Shown here in pieces: positions 1 through 9,595 of a stretch of 64,000 nt of DNA. Numbering within the stretch: position 1 is the first letter of the stretch; every line of letters begins with the position of its first letter. Location: assembly GCA_016207515.1 (NCBI GenBank), contig JACQPN010000005.1, positions 12,810-76,809 of the forward strand. Direction: 5' to 3'. The DNA comes from Methanobacteriota archaeon (GTDB lineage Archaea > Thermoplasmatota > SW-10-69-26 > JACQPN01). Both the position numbers and the translations under genes were made by a program. The notes below the pieces were generated by a model. It was given only the letters and a program-made list of their open reading frames with translations, ran no database searches and was not told where the DNA came from.

Positions 1-73
1 CCAATCACACTCTTTTTATACGGCCCTTCCCACTCAACGCCGTGGAAACGCTGGTTGCGAGCCGTGGGGAGCC

Positions 74-823
74 ATGAGGCGCATGCTAGTCGAGGCCGTC
101 GATCAGGAAGCGGTCGCCAAGACGGTGAAGGCCGCAGTCGAGGCCCGGGGCGCCGTCGTCACGTCGTGGACGGAATCGGAGACCGAGTTCGAGGGGTTGA
201 AAGCGGAGAACGGGGCGTTCACGCGCGCCGGCTACGTCGGCACCTACCAGTACCACGGCGAGAAGGACGTGCATCTTCAGGTGCGCCTCTTCGCACTCCT
301 TCCCGAACGTTTGTTCTGGGCGGTGGTCTTCACAGAACTCGCGGTCGTCGTGGCGTTCCTCGTCACGGTCCCGGCGCCGAACCTTTGGGTGATCTCGGCC
401 GTAGTGATGGCACTGGTACTTGGAGGCGCTTATTGGGCCCGGCGGGAATCGACGAAAATGTCGAGCGAACTCGAACTCGAGTTCGGCGCCTACTTGGCCG
501 AGGAACTCACGGCGGAGGGTGCTCCAGCGGACATCGTCGTCCAGGAAGAACAACTCGATGAATTGGAGGAGATCGAGGCGATCGAGCGCGAGTTGCGCCT
601 GGAGGCGACGAAGAAGGAATTGGCGAAGACGAGGCCCGCAATCATCGAAAGAACAAAGGGCGCGCGTGAGAAGCGACCCCCGGCAAGCGCCAAGCCCCAG
701 GACGACGCGGAAGGCAGGCGGAAGCGTCTTCTTACCCTCAAGGCCGAGCTCGAGAAAAAACGCGCTAGCCGGCAAGAATCGTCGAACACTAGAAGCACCA
801 CTTCGGGACCCGCGAAGCCTTAA
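74..823 (+). CDS. Hypothetical membrane protein (2 TM helices, charged/coiled-coil C-terminus)
   Basis: 249-aa ORF; hydrophobic stretches LFWAVVFTELAVVVAFLVTV and LWVISAVVMALVLGGAYW; TTTTTATA at 13-20 upstream. Confidence 0.7.
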   Translation: MRRMLVEAVDQEAVAKTVKAAVEARGAVVTSWTESETEFEGLKAENGAFTRAGYVGTYQYHGEKDVHLQVRLFALLPERLFWAVVFTELAVVVAFLVTVPAPNLWVISAVVMALVLGGAYWARRESTKMSSELELEFGAYLAEELTAEGAPADIVVQEEQLDELEEIEAIERELRLEATKKELAKTRPAIIERTKGAREKRPPASAKPQDDAEGRRKRLLTLKAELEKKRASRQESSNTRSTTSGPAKP

Positions 824-892
824 ATACCATTACCGGTATGCAAGGCGCGCCTTCAGGCCTGTACTATAAAGCTTGGGGCAAGCGTGGTCCGG

Positions 893-3049
893 ATGGTCCT
901 TCAAAACGCCTTACTCATCTCCATAGGGTCGGCTGTCGCTGCCGGCCTCGTCGCTAGCGGCTTCGCCTTGACGCTCTCGCGACCCGCCAGTCGCGGGAAG
1001 GACAATGCGGCGCTCGCGGCCGTGTCGAGCGCCGTCGCGACCCAAGTCAGGTGGCTCTACCTTCGCCAAGGACAAATCATTGCGGTCACTTGCGCTCTTC
1101 TAGCCGGCATCGTGGGTGTCTTTGCGACCCCCGAAGCTGGTCTCGCCGTCTTGATAGGCGCGGCCACGACGCTTCTCGTGGGGCTTGCGGCCTTGAACCT
1201 GACAGCGGGCGCCGTGTACCGCGTCGCGCTCCTTTCAAAGGACCAAACGCCCGAAGCGCTGCGTCAAGCGCTGAGGGCGGGGACGGCGATAGGACTCCTT
1301 TCGACGGGCCTCACGCTCGTCGTTGTCGCCGCCACGTTGTTCCTTCTCGGAGGAAGCGCACTTACGGGTGCCGGGCTACCGACGATCGACGCTCTTCTCG
1401 GCTTTGCCCTGGGTGCAGCTACGGTGGCGCTTCTCAACCGGCTCGGTGGCGGGATATTCACGAAAAGCGCCGACATAGGGGCGGACCTCGTCGGCCAGGT
1501 CGAAGCGGGCCTCGCCCCCGACGACCCTCGAAACCCCGCTGCGTTCGCAGATGCATGCGGCGACCAATTGGGTTCCGCCGCGGCGGCCGCCTGCGAATTC
1601 GCCGAAGTCTACGCGACGTCGCTGGTGGCCGCGATGGCCCTCGGGGTCGCGCTCGCGATCGGGGCCGCAAGCGTTCCCGCGGAGATCGACGCGTGGGCGA
1701 GCCTGCCGCTCCTCCTTGGGGCGAGCGGAGTCATCGCTTCCATCATCGCGACGCTCGTCTTCGCGTCGGGCAAGGGCGACACCGTCGCCGGCACGAGGAT
1801 GACCCGGGCGTACGTGGTGGGCGGGCTCGTTTCAGGCGTGGGGGGCTACTTCGTCGTGAGCGTCGCGGTCGGGACCGAGAACATCGGCCTCTACATCGCC
1901 TTCCTCCTTGGCATCCTCGGCGGGATGGTCACGGCACTCCTCTCCGAGAAGTACACGACGCCGTCGGGCAAGAAAGTCGCGGAGATCGCCGAATCCAGTA
2001 AGACTGGAAGCGCCACCAACATCATCGCGGGGCTCGGCAACGGCCTCGAAGCGACGGGTTCGCCGACGATGATACTCCTCATCGTCGTCATAGCGGCCTA
2101 CGCGGCGGGCGTGAGCTACTCGGCCGCCAACTCGCTCCAAGCGGGCATACTCGGCATCGCGCTTTCTGGCGTTGGTCTACTTTCGATCACGGCGATCACG
2201 TTGGGCATTTCCATCAACGCCGCGATAACGGATTGCGCGAACGGCCTATGGGCGCTTTCCGGGAACAAGGGGGGGCAGGCGCGCGAAGCGCTCACGGCGA
2301 GCGGCAAGGGTGCGCTTCCCTACGCCCGCTCCATCGTCGTCGCCTCCTCGTTGTTTGCGGCGCTCTCACTCGTCCTTTTCTTCGGCTGGCGCGTCGGCGA
2401 GGCCTGCGGCACGCAACCCGCAGGAGCGGCGGCCGTGGTGTACAACTACGTCTCCTGCGCCAAGGTGATGACTGGAGGGGCTTTGACCGTGAACATCAGC
2501 GACCCTTACGCCCTCGTCGGTCTCTTCATCGGCGGAATGATGCCTTTCCTCGTCACGGCCCACGTCACCCAGGCGGCCTCCAGGACGGCCGTCGGGATCG
2601 TCACGGAATCGAGGCGCCAATTGAGGGAGCGGCCGAACATCCTCGGCGGCTCCGAGAAGCCCGACTACGACGCGGTGGTCAAGGCGGGTTCAGAGGCAAG
2701 CCTCGCGCAGCTCAGCGTCCCGGCCGTGATCGCTTTGGGCATCCCGCTTCTCATCGGCATGGCGCTTCCCCCGACGGCGCTTGCGGGCCTCATAGCCGGC
2801 GTCACGGCCACCGGGCTTCTTCTCGCCATGATGCTCATCCTTTCAGGGGCCGGCTGGGACAGCGCCCGGCAATCCCTGGAGTTTTCGAAGACCGATTCGC
2901 CGCAGCACAAGGCGTCGGTCGTCGGCGACACCGTGGGCGATTCGTTCAAGGACGCCGCCGGGCCGGCGCTGAACGTTCTCATCCGCGTGACGGCGCTCAC
3001 CGCCATCATCCTGCTTCCCTTCTTCCTCTCTCAGAGCCTCATCAGGTAG
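893..3049 (+). CDS. hppA: Membrane-integral H+/Na+-translocating pyrophosphatase family protein with degenerate catalytic motifs
   Basis: GGGIFTKSADIGADLVGQVE, DDPRNP and GDTVGDSFKDAAGPALN recognisable; many TM segments; TATAAA at 865-870 favours leaderless ATG 893 (GTG 884 alternative). Confidence 0.85.
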   Translation: MVLQNALLISIGSAVAAGLVASGFALTLSRPASRGKDNAALAAVSSAVATQVRWLYLRQGQIIAVTCALLAGIVGVFATPEAGLAVLIGAATTLLVGLAALNLTAGAVYRVALLSKDQTPEALRQALRAGTAIGLLSTGLTLVVVAATLFLLGGSALTGAGLPTIDALLGFALGAATVALLNRLGGGIFTKSADIGADLVGQVEAGLAPDDPRNPAAFADACGDQLGSAAAAACEFAEVYATSLVAAMALGVALAIGAASVPAEIDAWASLPLLLGASGVIASIIATLVFASGKGDTVAGTRMTRAYVVGGLVSGVGGYFVVSVAVGTENIGLYIAFLLGILGGMVTALLSEKYTTPSGKKVAEIAESSKTGSATNIIAGLGNGLEATGSPTMILLIVVIAAYAAGVSYSAANSLQAGILGIALSGVGLLSITAITLGISINAAITDCANGLWALSGNKGGQAREALTASGKGALPYARSIVVASSLFAALSLVLFFGWRVGEACGTQPAGAAAVVYNYVSCAKVMTGGALTVNISDPYALVGLFIGGMMPFLVTAHVTQAASRTAVGIVTESRRQLRERPNILGGSEKPDYDAVVKAGSEASLAQLSVPAVIALGIPLLIGMALPPTALAGLIAGVTATGLLLAMMLILSGAGWDSARQSLEFSKTDSPQHKASVVGDTVGDSFKDAAGPALNVLIRVTALTAIILLPFFLSQSLIR

Positions 3050-3059
3050 GTGCCAAGAA

Positions 3060-3719
3060 ATGTACTCGATAGTCCCAATGGAAGACACCGTACGCATCCC
3101 CCCGTCAGAACTCGGAAACGACCCCATAGAGGTGACGAAGCTCCTCGTGCGGCGCAGTTTCGAGGGCAGGATGACCAAGCGCCACGGCCTCGTGGTGGTC
3201 GCGATGAACATCGTTCGACAGGGCGAGGGCCGCGTGATACACGGCGACGGCGCAGTATACCAGCGCGTCAAGTACGACGCGGTCGTCTTCAAGCCCGAGG
3301 TCGGTGAGATCGTCGAGGGCACCATCTGCGAAGTCGTGGAGTTCGGGGCGTTCGTGCGTTTCGGGCCGCTCGACGGACTTCTGCACATGAGCCAGATAAT
3401 GAACGATTACCTCAACGTCGACACGAAGAACGAACGTCTCATCGGGAAGGAGACCGCCCGCACGCTTTCGATCGGGGACCAGATCCGGGCCCGCTTGGTG
3501 ACGGTGAGCCTCAACGAACTCTCGCCTCGCGAATCGAAGATCGGTCTCACGATGCGCCAACCGGGCCTTGGAAAGCAGGAGTGGCTCGACGAGGACCGCG
3601 CCAAGAAGAGCGGTCAACCCCTGCCGGAGAAACCGAAGGGCGGCCAGGCGAAAAAGCCAAAGCCCGCTGAGGCCCCAAAAGAGGCGTCGGTGGCCGAGAC
3701 GAAGGAGAAGGAGGCCTAA
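3060..3719 (+). CDS. rpoE1: DNA-directed RNA polymerase subunit E' (Rpo7)
   Basis: VRIPP, GDGAVY, S1 domain (FGAFVRFGPLDGLLHMSQI), KIGLTMRQPGLGK. Confidence 0.96.
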   Translation: MYSIVPMEDTVRIPPSELGNDPIEVTKLLVRRSFEGRMTKRHGLVVVAMNIVRQGEGRVIHGDGAVYQRVKYDAVVFKPEVGEIVEGTICEVVEFGAFVRFGPLDGLLHMSQIMNDYLNVDTKNERLIGKETARTLSIGDQIRARLVTVSLNELSPRESKIGLTMRQPGLGKQEWLDEDRAKKSGQPLPEKPKGGQAKKPKPAEAPKEASVAETKEKEA

Positions 3720-3723
3720 GGCG

Positions 3724-3903
3724 ATGAAGGCCTGCCGGGACTGCCATTTCATCACGGAAGGCGAATCGTGCCCGTCCTGCCGGGGGACGAACCTCAGCAA
3801 GGACTGGGCCGGATACGTCGTCGTCATCGATGCGAAACGCAGTGTGCTCGCCAAGAAGATGAACATCGACGCACCCGGAAAATACGCTCTCAAAGTAAGG
3901 TGA
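3724..3903 (+). CDS. spt4: Transcription elongation factor Spt4 (RpoE'')
   Basis: MKACRDCH...CPSC...W.G.VVVID...PGKYALKVR; directly after rpoE1; ATG at 3724. Confidence 0.95.
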   Translation: MKACRDCHFITEGESCPSCRGTNLSKDWAGYVVVIDAKRSVLAKKMNIDAPGKYALKVR

Positions 3904-3928
3904 ACACCTGTACCGACTCCCCGATGGG

Positions 3929-4411
3929 ATGCGTGACGAACTCACGAAGCCTCTCGGGCGCGTGTACACGACCGAGGAAGCGGTAGAGGCCGTCAAGAAG
4001 ACCGCGTGGCTCGTCGCCGTGGGCGACGTGACCACGGAGTCCTTCCTCGAAGGGGGCCTCGTGCCTCGCGTCATGGTCGTCGACTTCAAGACGAGGCGAA
4101 GCGGCGACATGGAGCGGCTCCGCGCCCGGCTCGCGGGGCTCCAAGCGACGACGGTGAAGGTGCAAAACCCCGCGGCCCGGATAACCGATGAGTTGTGGCA
4201 GGCGGTCGCCTCGTCGCTATCGGGAAACGGCCACACGGTGATCGAAGTCGACGGCGAGGAGGACCTCGCGGCCCTTCCCGCGCTGATGCTCGCGCCCAAC
4301 GGGACGGTCATCGCCTACGGGCAACCGGAGATGGGGGTCGTCCTCATCACGGTGGACGCGGCCGTGAGAGCGCGGGTGAGATCCATATTACAACGAATGG
4401 AAGTGGAATGA
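3929..4411 (+). CDS. GTP-dependent dephospho-CoA kinase (DUF359)
   Basis: VGDVTT, VDFKTRR, V.NP...IT and VDGEEDLAALP, YGQP motifs; conserved rpoE-spt4-DUF359-rps24e order; true start may be CTG 3908. Confidence 0.9.
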   Translation: MRDELTKPLGRVYTTEEAVEAVKKTAWLVAVGDVTTESFLEGGLVPRVMVVDFKTRRSGDMERLRARLAGLQATTVKVQNPAARITDELWQAVASSLSGNGHTVIEVDGEEDLAALPALMLAPNGTVIAYGQPEMGVVLITVDAAVRARVRSILQRMEVE

Positions 4412-4758
4412 TGGAGATAGAGATACAGAACCAGAAGGAGAACGTGCTCTTGAACCGCAAGGAGGTGCACTTCGTGGTGAAACACGCGAAGGGCACGACT
4501 CCGAAGCGGGACGAGGTGCGCGAGAAGCTTGCAGGTCTCTTGAACACCAACAAGGCCAACGTCGTGGTCGACGAGATGGAAAGCGAGTTTGGGAAAGCAG
4601 AGACGGTCGGCTACGCCAAGGTCTACCCGAGCCCCAAGGCCGCAGCTGACCTCGAACGCCATTACCTGTTGAAGCGCAACAAGTTCGAAGGCCTGCCAGA
4701 GAAGAAGAAAGCAGCGGCGCCCGCGGCGGCGGCACCCGCGAAACCGGCGAGGAAGTGA
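4408..4758 (+). CDS. rps24e: 30S ribosomal protein S24e
   Basis: ENVLLNRKEV, TP.R.EV, FGKAETVGYAKVY. Confidence 0.95.
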   Translation: MMEIEIQNQKENVLLNRKEVHFVVKHAKGTTPKRDEVREKLAGLLNTNKANVVVDEMESEFGKAETVGYAKVYPSPKAAADLERHYLLKRNKFEGLPEKKKAAAPAAAAPAKPARK

Positions 4759-4763
4759 GATAG

Positions 4764-4961
4764 ATGGCACCCCCACCGAAGAAAGGCCCTGCGACAAAGC
4801 AGATCCAGGGCGGAAAGGCCCAACTCTACAAGATAGAGGGGAACAAGCTCGTCCGGACGCGGAAATCCTGCCCCAAGTGCGGCCCCGGCGTGTTCCTGGC
4901 GGAGCACAAGGACCGCAATTCATGCGGGAACTGCGGCTACACCGAGTTCAAGAAACAATAG
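4764..4961 (+). CDS. rps27ae: 30S ribosomal protein S27ae
   Basis: [26 protein letters not shown] zinc ribbon. Confidence 0.96.
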   Translation: MAPPPKKGPATKQIQGGKAQLYKIEGNKLVRTRKSCPKCGPGVFLAEHKDRNSCGNCGYTEFKKQ

Positions 4962-4974
4962 ACCAGCATATCTG

Positions 4975-5001
4975 GGCCCGCTTCGGCGGGCCTCCTTTTT
5001 T
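4975..5001 (+). terminator. Hairpin (UUCG loop) plus T-tract terminator
   Basis: GGCCCGC-TTCG-GCGGGCC followed by TCCTTTTTT just after rps27ae. Confidence 0.65.
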
Positions 5002-5084
5002 CCTTCGAGTCTCACTTCCCAGCGGACGCTTACGGGCTCGGCGTTGTCGTCACCTCTAAGAGCCCGTCGCGCTTCGAAGGACCC

Positions 5085-5975
5085 GTGCGCATTGAACGGA
5101 ACGGCATCGTTCTCATCGTCGTCTCCGCGGTGTCTTTCGGTGGCGTCGCCGTCTTGAGCAAACTCGTGCTCGAAGGTGGCCTCGACGTCCTGTGCCTTCT
5201 ATTCTGGCGCTGGCTCATCGCGGGGCTAGCGGTGGCGCCCTTGGTCTTGTTCGGCAGGGGAAAGAAGCTACGGCGCCGCACGATCGCGTATGCGTTTGCG
5301 CTTGGCGCCGTCGGGCAGTACGGCACATCGGGCGTGTACACGGAGTCACTTCGTTATCTTCCGGCGGCCATCGCGAGTTTCCTCCTTTTCCTGAGTCCCG
5401 TCTTCGTCGCGGCCTTCTCCGCGATACTTTTCGGCGAGACTTTGACGCGGCGTGGCTTGGCGGCTCTCGCGCTCTCGGTCTTGGGGCTCGCCTTGATGGC
5501 GTTCGCCCCGGGAGGCGAAGCGCCCATCGTGGGGGTCGTTTTGGGCCTTGCCTCCGCGCTCCTTTACGCGTCCACCATCGTCGCCGGGCGCAGGATAATC
5601 GGATCCGGGGACGGCCTTTCGGTGGCCTGGTTTCTCATGCTCGGGGCGACCACCATGTTCGCGGCGACCGCCCTGGCAAGCGGTGGCCTACACGGCCCAA
5701 CGAGCGCAAGCGTCTGGTCCGAGCTCGTGGTGCTCGGTGTGGTCAGCACGGCCTTGAGCATCGGGACCTTCTACGTGGGGCTCCCCCTCGTCGGCGCCCC
5801 GAAGGCGGCGCTTGTGAGCACCCTTGAGCCCGTGAGCACGCTGATCCTCGCATTCCTCGTCCTTGGGGAGAACCTCACGATCGCCCAATACGCGGGCGCC
5901 GGCCTCATCTTGGCCGCCGTCGCGATCGTAGCGACTGAGAAGAAAGGCGCTCCACCCGGGCCGCCGATCCCTTAA
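5085..5975 (+). CDS. EamA/DMT family transporter
   Basis: ~10 TM helices in two repeats; LSPVF..FGE and LEPV...LGE motifs. Confidence 0.9.
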   Translation: MRIERNGIVLIVVSAVSFGGVAVLSKLVLEGGLDVLCLLFWRWLIAGLAVAPLVLFGRGKKLRRRTIAYAFALGAVGQYGTSGVYTESLRYLPAAIASFLLFLSPVFVAAFSAILFGETLTRRGLAALALSVLGLALMAFAPGGEAPIVGVVLGLASALLYASTIVAGRRIIGSGDGLSVAWFLMLGATTMFAATALASGGLHGPTSASVWSELVVLGVVSTALSIGTFYVGLPLVGAPKAALVSTLEPVSTLILAFLVLGENLTIAQYAGAGLILAAVAIVATEKKGAPPGPPIP

Positions 5976-5987
5976 GGCGGAGTCCCC

Positions 5988-6884
5988 TCACGTCCTACGC
6001 GGTCGCGAGGCGCCCGAGCCTGTCTCCTTGATGAACGTCCCCTCGCGGTACTCCTCGAGCGCCGTCTCGATCTCCCGCTTCGTGTTCATGACGATGGGAC
6101 CCCACCAAGCGACCGGCTCGCCCAAGGGTTTTCCAGAGACCAGGAGGAAACGTGTCGGCCTCGGTCTTGCCGTCGCGCGAACGGTGTCTCCTGCTCCGAG
6201 GATCGCCAAGTGCTCTTGCGGGACGACGGACTCCTTGCCTTCGCCAAAATCGACGCTTCCTTCTAGAACGTAAGCAAGCGTTGTGTGACTCTTCGGGATC
6301 GCGTGTTCGAACGTCGCGCCAGGTCCGAGGGTCACGTCAAGATACGAGGGGTCCACGACGATGTCCCGGACCGGCCCCTTGACGCCCGCCAACTCGCCGG
6401 CGATCACTCGCGCCCTCTTCTCGGGCGTCGCGATGATGGGGATCTCGGGCGCCTTGATCTCCTGATAACGCGGCGGCATCATCTTCTTTCGCGCCGGAAG
6501 GTTCACCCACAATTGGAACCCGCCCATGCCGGTGCCAGAGGCCGGTCTTGGCATCTCCTGATGGACAATGCCGCTACCCGCCGTCATCCATTGGACGTCG
6601 CCCGCGCCGATCGTGCCCTTGTTCCCCATACTGTCCTCGTGATCCACCCGACCGTCGAGCATGTACGTCACCGTCTCCATCCCGCGGTGGGGATGCCACG
6701 GGAACCCCGCGACGTAATCGAGGGGGTTTTGCGAGCGGAAATCGTCGAGGAGAAGGAATGGGTCGAGACGAGGGACCTGGTCGTGGCCGAAGGCGCGCTT
6801 GAGGCGGACACCGGCGCCTTCGATTGCGGCGCGAGCGGGGAGGATCTCAGCGACGGGGCGGGTCGGTTTCTTCGCAGCGGCCAT
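5988..6884 (-). CDS. Pirin family protein
   Basis: DPFLLLD, GFPWHPHRGMETVTY, WMTAGSGIVHQE, QLWVNLP. Confidence 0.95.
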   Translation of the reverse strand: MAAAKKPTRPVAEILPARAAIEGAGVRLKRAFGHDQVPRLDPFLLLDDFRSQNPLDYVAGFPWHPHRGMETVTYMLDGRVDHEDSMGNKGTIGAGDVQWMTAGSGIVHQEMPRPASGTGMGGFQLWVNLPARKKMMPPRYQEIKAPEIPIIATPEKRARVIAGELAGVKGPVRDIVVDPSYLDVTLGPGATFEHAIPKSHTTLAYVLEGSVDFGEGKESVVPQEHLAILGAGDTVRATARPRPTRFLLVSGKPLGEPVAWWGPIVMNTKREIETALEEYREGTFIKETGSGASRPRRT

Positions 6885-6957
6885 AACAATAGGGATTCGG
6901 CGGACACGGTATATAGAGGCTGAGTTACTGGAAGGGTGGGGGCGCGCCGAGGACCGG

Positions 6958-7050
6958 AGCGGAACCCAAGGTTCTGCTAGGCCGACGGGAGCCCCGAGCT
7001 CCCCTACGGAGGCCAGAAGTCTCCAACGTTACGTGGCCGCGGCCATGCGT
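6958..7050. repeat. Array of short hairpins (palindromic element)
   Basis: AGCGGAACC-CAA-GGTTCTGCT, GGGAGC-CCCGA-GCTCCC, GGAGGC..GTCTCC, GTGGCCGCGGCCAT. Confidence 0.6.
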
Positions 7051-7083
7051 GCGCTCGAACTCTGCAAGATTCCTGATAGTGAG

Positions 7084-7119
7084 CGCGCCCGTCGAGATTA
7101 TCGCGTGGATTTGCCGGCA
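7084..7119. repeat. att-like repeat copy 1 (tRNA-Arg 3' end plus right arm)
   Basis: CGCGCCCGTCGAGATT (15/16 match to 14294-14309) followed by ATCGCGTGGATTTGCCGG. Confidence 0.8.
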
Positions 7120-7298
7120 TGGACATCCGGACTCTGATGGCGGGTTGGGGTGCAGCGGTGGCGTCGCCCGGAAATTCACTTTGCTTGGTCCGCGCCCCTG
7201 GTCGGCGCTCGCCAATTGCGCGATTCCGAGACTGTTCGTGGAAGGGTTTTCCGCCTTAAGGCGTATTCTTTATATATTATTACGTCCTAAGACGTATT

Positions 7299-7922
7299 AT
7301 GGCTGGACGCTCGCGCGGGTTCATTCACTACTGCGAGCGCCTCTTCCTGGAAACGGATGCGCCCGTCCGATCGACCCGTCTCTGGCACGAACCCGGCACC
7401 ACAGCGTCGACGGTGCACCAATGGATCCGCCACTTGCGGTTCCACCGAGTCATGACCCCTGTGGACGGCGGCCATCGGATCGATCGCGTGAGGCTCTTGC
7501 AAGTGCTCGCGGCCCATCGCATCGCCCGCATCCAGCCCGTACATGAAGGCGCGGTTGCCTTGGATGCTCGCGGCTTCTCTCAGGTCTTGAGCCAACGACG
7601 CATTCCGCACGCGCTCTGCATGCTGTCCGCCGCGAACGAGTGGACATTCTTTGAGCCGCGCTATGCAATCGACGTCTACGTCCGACGGGCCGATGCCCCG
7701 CGCGTGAGAGCCCTCACAACGGTAGGCCGCTACCGCGTGAACCTCTACGCCGAGAATCTCGGCGAGGTCCCGACGCGGGAGAGAGATGGCGTCCCCATCA
7801 CCGACCTCTTCCAGACGCTCATTGATTGCCGGGCTCACCCCGAGGGTGGAGCACATGCGCAGTTCCTGGAACGAGTTTTGTTAGACAGGGCGAAGGTGAC
7901 GCATGGGGCGGCGGCCAGGTGA
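7299..7922 (+). CDS. Putative type IV TA antitoxin (AbiEi-like; N-terminal HTH)
   Basis: HTH-like N-terminus; IDVYV and GVPITDLFQTLIDC C-terminal motifs; overlaps downstream nucleotidyltransferase gene; AT-rich promoter at ~7268-7281. Confidence 0.65.
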   Translation: MAGRSRGFIHYCERLFLETDAPVRSTRLWHEPGTTASTVHQWIRHLRFHRVMTPVDGGHRIDRVRLLQVLAAHRIARIQPVHEGAVALDARGFSQVLSQRRIPHALCMLSAANEWTFFEPRYAIDVYVRRADAPRVRALTTVGRYRVNLYAENLGEVPTRERDGVPITDLFQTLIDCRAHPEGGAHAQFLERVLLDRAKVTHGAAAR

Positions 7923-8688
7923 TGCGCACCGCGAGCTCGTGGACCCCCGGGCGTACGAGGTCGTCCGCCTCGTGATATCGCGCCTCGAGGAATGGGAGAC
8001 GGAGTACGTCCTCGGCGGTGGTTGGGCCGTGTACGCCTATGGGTCCCGTGTGCCGAGTGCGGATACAGACGTCTTCTTTCCCGACGCTACTGGGCATGTC
8101 GTAGTCGAGCGGCTGGCTTCCGAGACAGGCATCACGACGGGGCAAGGCGCGCAGTTGGAGGCATTGAGCCTCGACGGCTTCAATTCCATTCTTGGACAGG
8201 ACCCGGATTTCGGGGAACCAGACCTCGGTTACGTTCCACGAGGCCTGCTTGCCGGGCGCGTCCTTCGACGAAAGTTGGTCCTTGAGACAGAGACCGTTCA
8301 AGCCCGCGTGCCAACGGCTTCCGCATTGGCTTTCATGAAATTGAAGTCGTTCCACGACCGCGACATGGCGTGGCAAGCACTACGCGACCCGCTCGTCATG
8401 TCGGGGCTCCACCCGAGTGAACGCGGTATCGTCAGGGCGAAAGCGGAGTCCTACTACTATCGGAAGGCGGGCAAGGATCTCTATGACATCGCCTTCCTTT
8501 GCTCGGCCGCGTGCAAGCTGTCGGACTCTCTCGAAATCTCGGCAGAATTCGGGCTTCGCGAAGCTCTCCGGGCGCCGCTTGAAAACGTGGCCCCACAGCT
8601 GATGAATTTCGCGCTCGACCTGGCCGGAGGCGACCGGGCCACCGAGACGCTGCTACGAGATCTGGAGAACGAGCTGCCCAAATCATGA
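7903..8688 (+). CDS. Nucleotidyltransferase, AbiEii/AbiGii-like toxin
   Basis: VLGGGWAV...SADTDV NTase motif; KLKSFHDR and KDLYD. Confidence 0.75.
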   Translation: MGRRPGDAHRELVDPRAYEVVRLVISRLEEWETEYVLGGGWAVYAYGSRVPSADTDVFFPDATGHVVVERLASETGITTGQGAQLEALSLDGFNSILGQDPDFGEPDLGYVPRGLLAGRVLRRKLVLETETVQARVPTASALAFMKLKSFHDRDMAWQALRDPLVMSGLHPSERGIVRAKAESYYYRKAGKDLYDIAFLCSAACKLSDSLEISAEFGLREALRAPLENVAPQLMNFALDLAGGDRATETLLRDLENELPKS

Positions 8689-8700
8689 AAAAGAGCGAGC

Positions 8701-8832
8701 TACGGGCAAGTCCGAGTTCGACCAGGTTTTGCGCGGAATTCGGATTGATTCACGGGTTTCCCTCATGAAAAATATTATCCGTACTACTTTATGACGCGCC
8801 CGCCGAGATTATCGCTTGGATTTGCCCGTAAC
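8701..8832. repeat. att-like unit copy 2 (left arm, tRNA 3' core 8795-8810, right arm)
   Basis: TACGGGCAAGTCCGAGTTCGA...GAAAAATATTATC...CGCGCCCGCCGAGATT-ATCGCTTGGATTTGCCCGTAAC. Confidence 0.85.
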
Positions 8833-8883
8833 GCCACGACAAAGACGATAGGCCGCGTCCCTTTCATGATCGCGGTTCGGAAC

Positions 8884-9201
8884 CTAACGACGACCCTTTC
8901 GGTCGCTCCTGCCCGAGCCCGCCGGAATCGGATTCCGGATACGATCAATATCCGCCACAAGGACCTCCCTTACGACCGCGTGGTCCGTGTTCAACTTGAA
9001 CAGCCTAGACCGACCCAGTACCCTGGTTTCCACGACCAAGCCCTGGGCCAAGAGTTCCGACAGGTCCGCGTAGATCGTGGGTCTCGATATTCCCGTCGCT
9101 TCCGCGAGTTCTGTGATCGGGTAGTCCATGCTCGGGTGGTCTCCCAGAAAGTCGAGGAGCCTGTTCCGCGGACTCTCCCCGAACATCTCTGCAAAACCCA
9201 T
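8884..9201 (-). CDS. Winged helix-turn-helix (ArsR-like) protein
   Basis: ITELAEATGISRPTIYADLSELLAQGLVVETRVLGRSRLFKLN. Confidence 0.85.
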   Translation of the reverse strand: MGFAEMFGESPRNRLLDFLGDHPSMDYPITELAEATGISRPTIYADLSELLAQGLVVETRVLGRSRLFKLNTDHAVVREVLVADIDRIRNPIPAGSGRSDRKGRR

Positions 9202-9262
9202 ATTACATCAACGTAAAGCACTGTATACGTCAAACTATTTAGATGTACGCCCTTGTCCCGTC

Positions 9263-9541
9263 GTGCGAAGGCTCGATGCGCGAGAGGCCGCCATCTGTTT
9301 CAAACTCTACCGACACGGCCGCGTCGGCGCCGGCCACATCCTCATTGACAACCTGGTGAAGGGCTTCCCCAGTCATGAATTGGGCGAAATCCGAGACTCC
9401 GTGGAGAAACTCATCCGGGATGGCGTTCTGGTGCCAAAAAGCACAGCCCATGGGAAGGCGGTCTACGTCAACACCCGACTCCGGCTCGACGTCTACGACA
9501 GGATACGCGAGCACAAGGATTTCGCGTGGCTGCCGAAATGA
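9263..9541 (+). CDS. Small hypothetical wHTH-like protein
   Basis: GTG 9263 with TATTTA ~22 nt upstream; NLVKGFPSHELGEIRDSVEKLIRDGVLVPKSTAHGKAVYVN helix-wing pattern. Confidence 0.65.
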   Translation: MRRLDAREAAICFKLYRHGRVGAGHILIDNLVKGFPSHELGEIRDSVEKLIRDGVLVPKSTAHGKAVYVNTRLRLDVYDRIREHKDFAWLPK

Positions 9542-9595
9542 TGCTGGCGCGGCGCAACGTCGGACATCGGATTCCGTCCCGCCGATGGATGCCGT

